64,000 nt of DNA, taken from positions 32,007-96,006 of the forward strand of contig JBCCCG010000015.1 of NCBI GenBank assembly GCA_039033595.1, read 5' to 3'. The stretch comes from Planctomycetota bacterium (lineage in GTDB: Bacteria; Planctomycetota; Phycisphaerae; Phycisphaerales; Phycisphaeraceae). Under the pieces are notes generated by a model. That model had not been told where the DNA came from and did not search any database. It was given only the letters and a program-made list of their open reading frames with translations. Every line of letters starts with the position of its first letter. The stretch's first letter is position 1. Positions 27,256 through 37,359 of the stretch are shown here, piece after piece. The translations under genes were made by a program, and so were the position numbers.

Positions 27256-27888
27256 TTATTCCGCCGCGGCGACGGTCGGCGGACCCAGCGAGGCGCGGTA
27301 GAACCCCGAGCCCGTGGCGTTGCCCGTGCCGTGGAAACGAAACAGGTAAGACCCCGAGAACGTCAGCGCGTCCAGATCGACTACCTCCACGGAGTACTTC
27401 ATCCAGAACAACACGTTGCCGATCCCGACCCAGTTGCTGTAGAACGGATCGAGCGACAGCACCGCCGTGCCGTCGTCGCGTACCACGGCTCGGCCCGCGA
27501 CCTTGCCGTCGATCGGCGGGATCAGGTTCACCGTCGACTTGACCTTTGCCTTGAACGCGTAGCCGCGGTCGATCGGGCGGACCTCGGTCAGCTCGAGCGC
27601 GTTGACTTCCAGGACCAAGGGCAGAAACAGCCCCCCGATCCCCAGCCCGGTCAGCCCCCCCTGCTCGGTCTTCGCCTGGTCCTCACGCTCTCGGGTTTTG
27701 GTGAGCTCGATCACGAGTGGCTCGGGCGAGGCCGTGAAGAGCGCATCGAGCGCGTCGGCCGGGGTGAGGCCGGACGAGGCGGCGGTCATTCTCTGATCTT
27801 CCCGAAAGTACGCCGTGCTGCCACAGCCGGTCACAAGAAGGCTGAAGATCAGGGCCAGGGTAAGGGCGAAGGGTTTACGCAACTTCAT
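27256..27888 (-). CDS. hypothetical lipoprotein
   Basis: ATG 27888 gives MKLRKPFALTLALIFSLLVTGC (lipobox VTGC). No family was recognised. Confidence 0.6.
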   Translation of the reverse strand: MKLRKPFALTLALIFSLLVTGCGSTAYFREDQRMTAASSGLTPADALDALFTASPEPLVIELTKTREREDQAKTEQGGLTGLGIGGLFLPLVLEVNALELTEVRPIDRGYAFKAKVKSTVNLIPPIDGKVAGRAVVRDDGTAVLSLDPFYSNWVGIGNVLFWMKYSVEVVDLDALTFSGSYLFRFHGTGNATGSGFYRASLGPPTVAAAE

Positions 27889-28112
27889 AGTGTCTTTTCG
27901 TTTTGCTGGTCGCCCGATGCCAACCGGCCGGCGGACGAAGGGTCCCGGGTGCTTGCTGTCGCCCCGATGCTGGGGCGGAACGTCACCGCTTGGTTCGCGG
28001 CCCACCGCGCCTTGGATGCAAAAAGCTCATAACCGCAAAAATTTGCAGTTCTTTCCGCCCGCGGGCCCCCGAAATCATCGAGACCGCCTCCACCCCGCCT
28101 TATGATGAGTCG

Positions 28113-29270
28113 ATGCGGCGCACGATCTTCCACATCGACATGGACCAGTTCTTCGCGGCGATCGCGGTGCTGGACGACCCGTCGCTGCGGGGCAAGCCGG
28201 TGCTGGTGGGCGGCGACGGCAACCGCGGCGTCGTGTCCACGGCGTCGTACGAGGCGCGGAAGTTCGGCTGCCACTCAGCCCTGCCCAGGGCGATCGCCAA
28301 ACGCCGGTGCCCGCAGGCGATCGTGGCCCGGGTGCCCGGGGCCCGCATCCGCGAGCTGTCACAGAAGATGTTCGCGGTGCTCGACGATTTCTCGCCGCTG
28401 GTTCAGCCGTTGTCGGTCGACGAGGCCTTCCTCGACATGACCGGCACCGGCCGACTCATGGGCCCCCCGGAGGCGGTCGCCGGGGAGTTGAAAGACAAGA
28501 TCCGCGAAGCAACCGGCGGGCTCATCGCCTCGGTCGGCGTGGCGCCCAACAAGTACCTGGCCAAGCTCGCGTCCGACCTCGAAAAGCCCGACGGCCTGAC
28601 CGTGGTCCCGGACGACTCCGCGGGCATCGAGGCGGTCCTCTCACCCCTGCCGATCAGCAAGGTCTGGGGCATCGGCCCGGCGTCACAAAAAAAATTCGAG
28701 CAGCACGGCATCAAGACCGTCGGCGACCTCCGCCGGCTCACCGAGGACCAGCTCCGCCAGACCTTCGGCGACCACGCCCAGCGCTACTTCCGCCTCTCCC
28801 GCGGCCTCGACGACCGCCCCGTCGTCCCCGACCGCACGGCCAAGTCCATCGGCCACGAACAGACCTTCGGCGAGAACCTCACCGACCCCGCCGACGTCCA
28901 CGCGGTCATGCTCGACCAGTCCGAACAGGTCGGCTACCGCCTCCGCAAACACGGCTTCCGCGCCCGCGGCCTCACCGTCAAGATCCGCTTCGGCGACTTC
29001 CAGACCATCACCCGTTCGACCACCTTCGACGCCCCCACCGACCTGACCCAGACGATCTACCAAGAAGCCAAGGCCCTCTTCGACGCCTGGGCGGAACAGT
29101 CGTTCCGCTCGGTCCGCCTCGTGGGCGTCAGCGCTTCCCCGTTGACCCGCGACCCCGGTCAGCGGACGCTCTTTGCCGACCCGCGGAGCGCGAAGCAGAA
29201 ACAGCTCGACGCCACGATGGATCAGATCACCACCCGCTTTGGCAAACGCACCGTCCACCGCGGCGGGTAA
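28113..29270 (+). CDS. dinB: DNA polymerase IV (Y-family)
   Basis: MRRTIFHIDMDQFFAAIAVLDDPSLRGKPVLVGG...SYEARKFG...SVDEAFLD. Start at in-frame ATG 28113. Confidence 0.92.
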   Translation: MRRTIFHIDMDQFFAAIAVLDDPSLRGKPVLVGGDGNRGVVSTASYEARKFGCHSALPRAIAKRRCPQAIVARVPGARIRELSQKMFAVLDDFSPLVQPLSVDEAFLDMTGTGRLMGPPEAVAGELKDKIREATGGLIASVGVAPNKYLAKLASDLEKPDGLTVVPDDSAGIEAVLSPLPISKVWGIGPASQKKFEQHGIKTVGDLRRLTEDQLRQTFGDHAQRYFRLSRGLDDRPVVPDRTAKSIGHEQTFGENLTDPADVHAVMLDQSEQVGYRLRKHGFRARGLTVKIRFGDFQTITRSTTFDAPTDLTQTIYQEAKALFDAWAEQSFRSVRLVGVSASPLTRDPGQRTLFADPRSAKQKQLDATMDQITTRFGKRTVHRGG

Positions 29271-29968
29271 CGCCCCGAAACTCTCGCCCGGCGTGGTGCC
29301 CTTCCCCGCAAGCTCTAAACGACCGCCCCGGGTCGGGGTCGGTTCCGCACCCAAACGCTTCAACCCACCCCGCCGTGATTCCGACCACAACCAACAGCCA
29401 CGCGAAAAAGCGTGCCCTGCCGTGTCGCATCGTAAAGCAACGCCACGGCTTTTCCTTGCCTTGCCTCCGAACCGCCCGGCTCGACACCGCATCGCGGAGA
29501 TGACAAGGCGTGCCCGCGTCCGAACCGGAAAGTCGGGCCGAGACGGGCTGCGAGAAGCGCGCGCACATACCGACAGCGAATTTGAACCGAAACACCGGCA
29601 CGCCTGAACATATTTATGCCTAACCCGCGGCGAGGGTTGCATCGTTCCGGGGCGGCCCGCGGAACGTGGCGCGCGCACAAAACGTGCGCGGCGTCCCAGA
29701 GTGGGGGCTGGATGTCGCACGCGCGGTGATGCCGCGACCGCTCTTTGACAACCGAAGACGACGAGAACGCGGGTGACGCGGCCGGATCGCGGCGCGACCC
29801 CGGGCGCCTGGTCCGTGGCAGCGCAGAAACCGGTGGTCTGAAAGTGGCCGGGAAGTGGTGGGCCGACGCGACATGAGGGACCAGACCAGACCACCGGAAA
29901 CCGACCAGTGCCGGAATAGCACCAAACCAAAAGCATGGCCGCCGCGTAACGCCTCGCCACAAGGTGAG

Positions 29969-30592
29969 TCACTCCGCGGCGATGAGGTGGGCGTCGTCCG
30001 CGCCCTCGGCGGCGAAGAGGTCGTCGGCTTCGTTGAACGGGCCGTCGAGGGTGTAGCGGGTGCGGAGCCGGGGCGAGGGGTGGTGCTCGGGCAGGCCGGC
30101 GTCGGAGGCGAGCGCCAGACGGTGGAACATCACCCAGCCGGACCAGCGGACGCGACCCGGGAGCGTGGCGCGGCGCTCGGCCAGGACCGGGGCGTCGGGA
30201 CGCGGGTCGGTGGTCCAGGCGTCGCGGCGGGCGCCGGGCTCTCCGATATCGAGCAGCGCGAAGGAATGCTCAGCCGAAGGATCGGGGTCGAGCGGGCTCA
30301 CCAACAGCTCGGGGGCGAGGTACCCCCCGTCGGTCAGCAGGCCGTACCGCTCGGCGGGGTCGTTGGTCAGCAAAGAGCCGTCGGGGTTGAGCCCCGGTAG
30401 CCGACTACCGTTGTCGGTGCTGTAGATCAGCATGGCCTGATGGATCGAGCGGAGGTGGGTGGGCACGACCTGGCTGCCCCGCGAGACGTGGCGATTTCGG
30501 GTGAGCGCGACGGCGGCCAGAGCGATCAGCAGGGCGACGCAAAACAGCCCAACGAGCAGGTCGGGCAAGCGGAAGCGGGGCGCGGAAGACAT
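29969..30592 (-). CDS. membrane-anchored pseudopilin-like protein (H-X9-DG-like motif, degenerate prepilin N-terminus)
   Basis: ATG 30592 gives MSSAPRFRLPDLLVGLFCVALLIALAAVAL followed by HLRSIHQAMLIYSTDNGSRLPG. This pattern is typical of PVC-type pilin-like (DUF1559-style) proteins, but the canonical G-F-T-x-x-E is absent. Confidence 0.5.
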   Translation of the reverse strand: MSSAPRFRLPDLLVGLFCVALLIALAAVALTRNRHVSRGSQVVPTHLRSIHQAMLIYSTDNGSRLPGLNPDGSLLTNDPAERYGLLTDGGYLAPELLVSPLDPDPSAEHSFALLDIGEPGARRDAWTTDPRPDAPVLAERRATLPGRVRWSGWVMFHRLALASDAGLPEHHPSPRLRTRYTLDGPFNEADDLFAAEGADDAHLIAAE

Positions 30593-30623
30593 GCCCCATA
30601 GAGTAGCCGAAGCCGGTGAGCCC

Positions 30624-31391
30624 TCAGGGTGTCGCCGGCGGCTCGGCGCTGCGGGGCAACCCACCCCCGACCGCATCGGCGGGGCCCGCAACGCCCCGAC
30701 CGCTGAAGCCCGTAGAGTCCGCGAACGTCTCGGGCGGAAGCAGCACGGTCGGCAGCGCGTCGATCGGGCCCTCGTAGCGCAGCACGCGGTCGGGCGACTT
30801 GGCCCACAACCGCTGGGCCAGGCCGTCGGGCATGAAGTATCGGCCGAGCTTGCGGCGGAACTGCGGCGGGCCGTAGTCGCGCAGGAAGTCGCTGACCGCG
30901 TAGCCGCAGAACCCGGGGGTGCACAGGGTCTGGAAGAGCGTGGCGTCGCGGCCGTAGGCGGCGCCGTCGAGCAGGGCGCGGCGCATGGCCGAGGCCTGCG
31001 GCGGGTCGAGGTCCCACTCGAAGACCAGGAGGAACGGCTCACGCAACCACTTCTTGCGGTAGCTCCACCACGTGGGCAGATCGGGCGGGGCGTCGAGGAT
31101 GACGTCGTTGACCCGGCCGTAGGCGGGCTTGGTCAGGCCGTACGCTCCGCCGGGGTCCCAGAACACCGCCGGCATGTCGTCGGCCGCGACGCGGACCGCG
31201 GCGTGGGTCGAACGCAGGCTGTCGTAATGGATGAACACCTGCACCCGCGGCTCGCGGTCGCGGGCCGGGTCGTGCATCGCCGCGACTCCCGGCGAGGGCG
31301 TCCACCCCGTCGGCACGACCGCCCCGCTGCGGCAGCCCTGTCCCAACAGCGCGGCGGCCGTGAGCAGCAAGATAAAAAGCGATTGGACCAA
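30624..31391 (-). CDS. hypothetical lipoprotein (start uncertain)
   Basis: In-frame TTG 31391 gives MVQSLFILLLTAAALLGQGC (lipobox GQGC). The track ORF extends to 31751 through Arg-rich sequence that looks non-coding. Confidence 0.45.
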   Translation of the reverse strand: MVQSLFILLLTAAALLGQGCRSGAVVPTGWTPSPGVAAMHDPARDREPRVQVFIHYDSLRSTHAAVRVAADDMPAVFWDPGGAYGLTKPAYGRVNDVILDAPPDLPTWWSYRKKWLREPFLLVFEWDLDPPQASAMRRALLDGAAYGRDATLFQTLCTPGFCGYAVSDFLRDYGPPQFRRKLGRYFMPDGLAQRLWAKSPDRVLRYEGPIDALPTVLLPPETFADSTGFSGRGVAGPADAVGGGLPRSAEPPATP

Positions 31392-31531
31392 CCAGAATTC
31401 TCCACAGCCTCGGCTCCACTTGATCGGCCAGAAGCATAGCGACCCCGAGCGTCCGCCGGGGTTATCCCTCGCCGATGACCGAATTCTGACACGCCCCTGA
31501 CGTTTGGGCGGGGTGCCCGGCACGACGGGGT

Positions 31532-32656
31532 CTAGCGGCGTTCCACGTACTCGCGCAAGACCGCGTCGAACGCCGGGCGCGTCTCGTCGGGCGGCTGCCC
31601 GACGGCGGCGGCCGCGTCGACCACGCCGAACAGGCGGCGCCAGCGCGGCTCGCCGTTGACCTCGTCGAAGATCTTGACGTCCCGCGAGGAACGAAACGCG
31701 TTTTCCCACGCCGCGCGGGCCACGGCCCAGTAAGGCCCGACCCGCCGCCAATACGCCTCGGCCGCCGCGACGTCGACGCCCTCGGCCCGCCGGTAGTTCA
31801 CCACCCCCGCCTCACGCACCAACGGCGGCACCGTCGGCACGAACACGCTCTTGGTCAGGCTCTGCTCCTGCGCCCAACCCGTCGGCGTCTGGGTCACGCG
31901 GTCTTCGACCCACAGCACCTCGTAGTCGCCCTGGCGGACGGCCTCCCGCCGCGGCAGCGGGGCCAGCACCGGCGTCACCGACGACCAACTCGCCCCCCCG
32001 CCCCCGGGAGTGGCCTCCGCCTCGTTGCCCGACGTCTCCGCACCCTCGACAGGATCCACAGCCACGTCACTCGTCGTCTCGTCGATCGCCGAACCCGCGT
32101 GGGTCCACCGGCCCCAACCCGTGTACGCCGGGGCACCGTCGGCCTCGACCACGCTACGCGTCCATACGCCCGCCAGCCCCGCCAGGTTGAACGGGGTCCG
32201 CCGCCAGATCTGCGCATCGACGTACTGCACCGCGGTGGTCGGGGCGTGCCGCCAATCCTGCCGCCAGTGCTTGACGACCAGCGCCGGCTCGCCGACCAGC
32301 AAGAGGTGCTGCAACACGATGCGTTCGGGTGTGTCCTGCACCACGACCACCCACTCGCGGGCCCGGGTCTGCTGCGGTGCCGCTAGCGTGTAGCCCGCCC
32401 GCAACACAACGACTTCTTCGTAGCGGTACTCGACGTCGAACACCCCGGCCAATCCGAGTATCGCCGCCCGATCGCGGGCCAGGGCCTGCTCCGCCGGGGT
32501 CAATACGGGGGCCGCCACCGGTGCTCGGCCGTCGGCACCCGCGCCAGATTGCGCCGACGACGGGTTGCCCGGGGCCACACCCGAGGGCGTCGCGCAGCCG
32601 ACCACGATCGCGGTGAGCCCCGCCCCGATCCATCCGTAAAAACAAGCGAATCTCAA
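31532..32656 (-). CDS. hypothetical lipoprotein
   Basis: MRFACFYGWIGAGLTAIVVGC (lipobox VVGC). It contains a conserved-looking VKHWRQDWRH segment. The family was not assigned with confidence. Confidence 0.6.
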   Translation of the reverse strand: MRFACFYGWIGAGLTAIVVGCATPSGVAPGNPSSAQSGAGADGRAPVAAPVLTPAEQALARDRAAILGLAGVFDVEYRYEEVVVLRAGYTLAAPQQTRAREWVVVVQDTPERIVLQHLLLVGEPALVVKHWRQDWRHAPTTAVQYVDAQIWRRTPFNLAGLAGVWTRSVVEADGAPAYTGWGRWTHAGSAIDETTSDVAVDPVEGAETSGNEAEATPGGGGASWSSVTPVLAPLPRREAVRQGDYEVLWVEDRVTQTPTGWAQEQSLTKSVFVPTVPPLVREAGVVNYRRAEGVDVAAAEAYWRRVGPYWAVARAAWENAFRSSRDVKIFDEVNGEPRWRRLFGVVDAAAAVGQPPDETRPAFDAVLREYVERR

Positions 32657-32759
32657 CGCAACCTCGCCCGGCCGATGATGGCCTGTGACCTCGAAAGCGC
32701 CCAGTGTATCTGCCGTCGCGGGGGCGCGACGTCCGTACCGGACTTACCGCGATTTTTGG

Positions 32760-35162
32760 TTACGCCGCTTCGGCGAACGTGCGGCGCTCGGCGACCATCT
32801 CGGCCGCGCCGTCGGCGTTGACGGCCCGGCTGAACAGCCAGCCCTGCGCGTAGTCGCACGACAAGCCCTTGAGCAGGGCGACCTGCTCCCGCCGCTCGAT
32901 GCCCTCGGCCACGACCTGCATGTTCAGGTTCTTAGCCAGCTCGGTGATCGTGGCGATGATCGCACCGTACCGCCGTACGGCGTCGCCGGCGCTGGCGATG
33001 AACGTGCGGTCGATCTTGAGGATATCCAGGGGCAACTCGTGCAGCACGTTCAGCGACGAGTGGCCGGTGCCGAAGTCGTCGAGCGCCAGGCGGACGCCCA
33101 GCGCCTTGAGTTCGTGGAGCTTCTGAGCCATCACGCCCACGTCGTTCATCACCATCGTCTCGGTGATCTCGAGGTTGAGCATCGCGGGGTCGAGGTTGTA
33201 GGCCTCGATCATCTCGCGCAGGACCTCGACCAGGTCGCCGTCGTAGAGCTGGGCCCGCGACAGGTTGATGTTCAAGAACACCTCGGGCATGCCCATTTCT
33301 CGCCAGCGGGCGAGCTGCTTGCTGGACTGCTTGATCACCCACTCGCCGATAGGGGCGATGATGTTGAGTTCTTCGGCCAGCGGGATGAAGTCGTCGGGGG
33401 CCACCTCGCCGCGCGTCTCGTGGTTCCAGCGGATGAGCACCTCGAAACCCGACACGTCGCCGGTGCCGAGGCACACGATCGGCTCGTAGACCAGGGTAAA
33501 GTCTTCACGCTGCACGGCCTCGCGGAGATCGCGTTCGAGCTGGGCCTGCTCGACGAGCGTGTCGTGCATGTGCTGATCGAAGAGCACGTAGCGGGCTTTG
33601 CCCGAGTGCTTGGCTTCGTACATCGCGGTGTCGGCGTCACGGATCAGCTCGTCGACGCAGTCGTATTCGTCATTGCTGATCACGACGCCGATGCTCGCGG
33701 TCGAGACGACCTTGTGGGCCCCGAGTTGGTGCGGCTGGCTGAAGGTTTCGAGCAGGCGGCGGGCGACCGCGACGGCGTCCTGCTCGCCCTTGATCCCGTC
33801 GAGCAGCACGACGAACTCGTCGCCGCCCAGACGGGCGGGCAGCTGAAACTGCCCGGCGAAAGCGGCGGTGTCGGCCTCGCGGATGTTGTCGCGCAGGCGC
33901 TGGCTGATGCTGTTGAGCAGCATGTCGCCGACCTCGTGGCCGAGCGTGTCGTTGACGATCTTGAAGCGGTCGAAGTCCAGGAACAGCACGGCGAACTGGT
34001 GCCCGGGGTGCGAACGGGTCCGCGCCAGCGCGTTGTCGACGTGCTCGAGCAGCAGCTTGCGGTTGGGCAGCCCGGTGAGTTCGTCGTGGTAGGCCACGTG
34101 CCGCAGGCGGGCCTGGGCGTGGTGCTGCTCGGTCGTGTCGGCGAACGTCACGGCCAGGCCGTCGTTGAGCTGCACCACCGCGAGCTGAATCCACTTGCCG
34201 TTGTCCAGGCGGTACTGCTTCTGTACCGGCAGCCCCGTCTGGATCGACACGGACATGTCGTCGAAGATCGCGTGCTTCATCAGGCAGGGCAGCGAACGGG
34301 ACAGCCGTTTGCCCACGAGCATGATCTCGTTCTTGCCCAGCAGGTCTTCGGCCGCGCGGTTGACCAGCTGGATCTCAAAATCGATGACGGTGGTCTGCGG
34401 GCCGTCCTCGCGGACGGCCTTGAGCACCGCGACGCCCCCGAGCGAGCTCTCGAGGATGCCGTTCAGCAGCCGCTGCGATTGCTGGAGGCGTTCCATCTGC
34501 CCCGCCGGGGAATGGGGATGGGCCGGGCCTTGGCGGCGCGGGGCCGCCGGGATCGGGCGGCCCACGGGGCGCGCCGGTTTGGGCTTTGCGTTCGGCCGTC
34601 TCCGCATCTCGCTGAGCCCGGTGATGACCAGCAGCCCCCCGGCGATGATGCCGCCCCACCGCACGAACGGGACGAACGGCGAGAGTTGCTCGACCTGATC
34701 GGGCAGCCACCGCGGGCCCCACACGCCGAAATACTCGGCCGCCTGGCTGGCCCCCACCAGCGCAACCCCGAGGAACGCCGTCGTCACCCCGAGCCACCAG
34801 TGCTTGCCGCGGGTCCGCCGACGGGCCTGGCTGTGGCCGCCGACAACCTCCTGCATCAGCGACCGCAACGCCGGCATCACCTCGGGCTTGATCGGTTCGA
34901 ACGCGATCCCGACGACGTGTTCTTTTCGGCTGAGTTGGCGTCGCCAGGTGACCTGTCCGGTCAGCGTGATGTTTCCGTGACGCGGCGTGTAGAGCACGAT
35001 GACCTGCGAGCCCTGGCGCGGGCGTTTGCTCAGCACGCGCAGGCCGGCGATCGACAGGTCGACGACCTGCCCGAGGTTGCACGCCAGCTTTTCGGGCCGG
35101 TGCCGACCATGCCGTCGCTTCTCGGAGATCTGCTCTGCTGCCATACGCTTCCTTCTCACCAA
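32760..35162 (-). CDS. PilZ-TM-PAS-GGDEF-EAL c-di-GMP signalling protein
   Basis: The N-terminal PilZ motifs are RRHGRHR...DLSIAGLRV. It has two TM helices, a PAS-like segment, RLGGDEFVVLL (GGDEF), FEVLIRW (EAL variant EVL) and DDFGTGHSSL. An alternative ATG lies at 35144. Confidence 0.9.
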   Translation of the reverse strand: MVRRKRMAAEQISEKRRHGRHRPEKLACNLGQVVDLSIAGLRVLSKRPRQGSQVIVLYTPRHGNITLTGQVTWRRQLSRKEHVVGIAFEPIKPEVMPALRSLMQEVVGGHSQARRRTRGKHWWLGVTTAFLGVALVGASQAAEYFGVWGPRWLPDQVEQLSPFVPFVRWGGIIAGGLLVITGLSEMRRRPNAKPKPARPVGRPIPAAPRRQGPAHPHSPAGQMERLQQSQRLLNGILESSLGGVAVLKAVREDGPQTTVIDFEIQLVNRAAEDLLGKNEIMLVGKRLSRSLPCLMKHAIFDDMSVSIQTGLPVQKQYRLDNGKWIQLAVVQLNDGLAVTFADTTEQHHAQARLRHVAYHDELTGLPNRKLLLEHVDNALARTRSHPGHQFAVLFLDFDRFKIVNDTLGHEVGDMLLNSISQRLRDNIREADTAAFAGQFQLPARLGGDEFVVLLDGIKGEQDAVAVARRLLETFSQPHQLGAHKVVSTASIGVVISNDEYDCVDELIRDADTAMYEAKHSGKARYVLFDQHMHDTLVEQAQLERDLREAVQREDFTLVYEPIVCLGTGDVSGFEVLIRWNHETRGEVAPDDFIPLAEELNIIAPIGEWVIKQSSKQLARWREMGMPEVFLNINLSRAQLYDGDLVEVLREMIEAYNLDPAMLNLEITETMVMNDVGVMAQKLHELKALGVRLALDDFGTGHSSLNVLHELPLDILKIDRTFIASAGDAVRRYGAIIATITELAKNLNMQVVAEGIERREQVALLKGLSCDYAQGWLFSRAVNADGAAEMVAERRTFAEAA

Positions 35163-35345
35163 CCGCGGAGGCCGCGCCGTCTTCGCGCAAGCCTTAGCGT
35201 CTCATCGACTTGGATCTGTCTCCACTTAATGTGCGGAATCCCCCCGAATCGGGAAGAATCTCGCCGCACCCGCGGGTTATCGGACACGCCAAACCCCTCC
35301 ACGTCCACGGACGCCGCGCCGACGCCCCTTGCCCGGTCATCCTAG

Positions 35346-35374
35346 AAAAAACCCGCGGTCGCGGACCGCGGGTT
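35346..35374 (-). terminator. intrinsic terminator of rpoD
   Basis: On the minus strand, AACCCGCGGTC-CGC-GACCGCGGGTT is followed by TTTTTT, 29 nt after the rpoD stop. Confidence 0.75.
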
Positions 35375-35402
35375 CGGGGAAGATTGAGTTGGGGCTACGG
35401 GT

Positions 35403-37256
<1,854 letters not shown>

Positions 37257-37359
37257 GGCTGGTTCTCTCTAATTTCTTGATCGGGCGGGCGGCGTAGTTC
37301 GGCGTAGCGAGGCGTGGCGGGTTGTCGGCCAGGCGGCGTGGGCCCGGGCCCGGGGGAAA

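Noticed and set aside
29527-29539. GGAAAGTCGGGCC, resembling the RNase P RNA P4 motif GGAAAGUCCGGGC, and GACCAGTGCC.. at 29903 resembling a P10-P12 segment
   Set aside because: The two pieces lie about 370 nt apart instead of about 60 nt. No GGUAAGAGCGCACC or ACAGAAxCCGGCUUA elements are present, and the 3' side runs into a CDS. It is probably a chance match.
28683-29972. 429-aa minus ORF spanning the dinB 3' half and the non-coding gap, together with other ORFs in 29173-29962
   Set aside because: It is antisense to dinB for half its length. The remainder is Arg/Gly/Pro-rich with no motif or start context. I treated 29271-29968 as non-coding.
32685-35345. 886-aa + ORF, plus the 605-aa + ORF at 35463-37280
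   Set aside because: They are antisense to the PilZ-GGDEF-EAL gene and to rpoD respectively, both of which carry diagnostic motifs. These are shadow ORFs.
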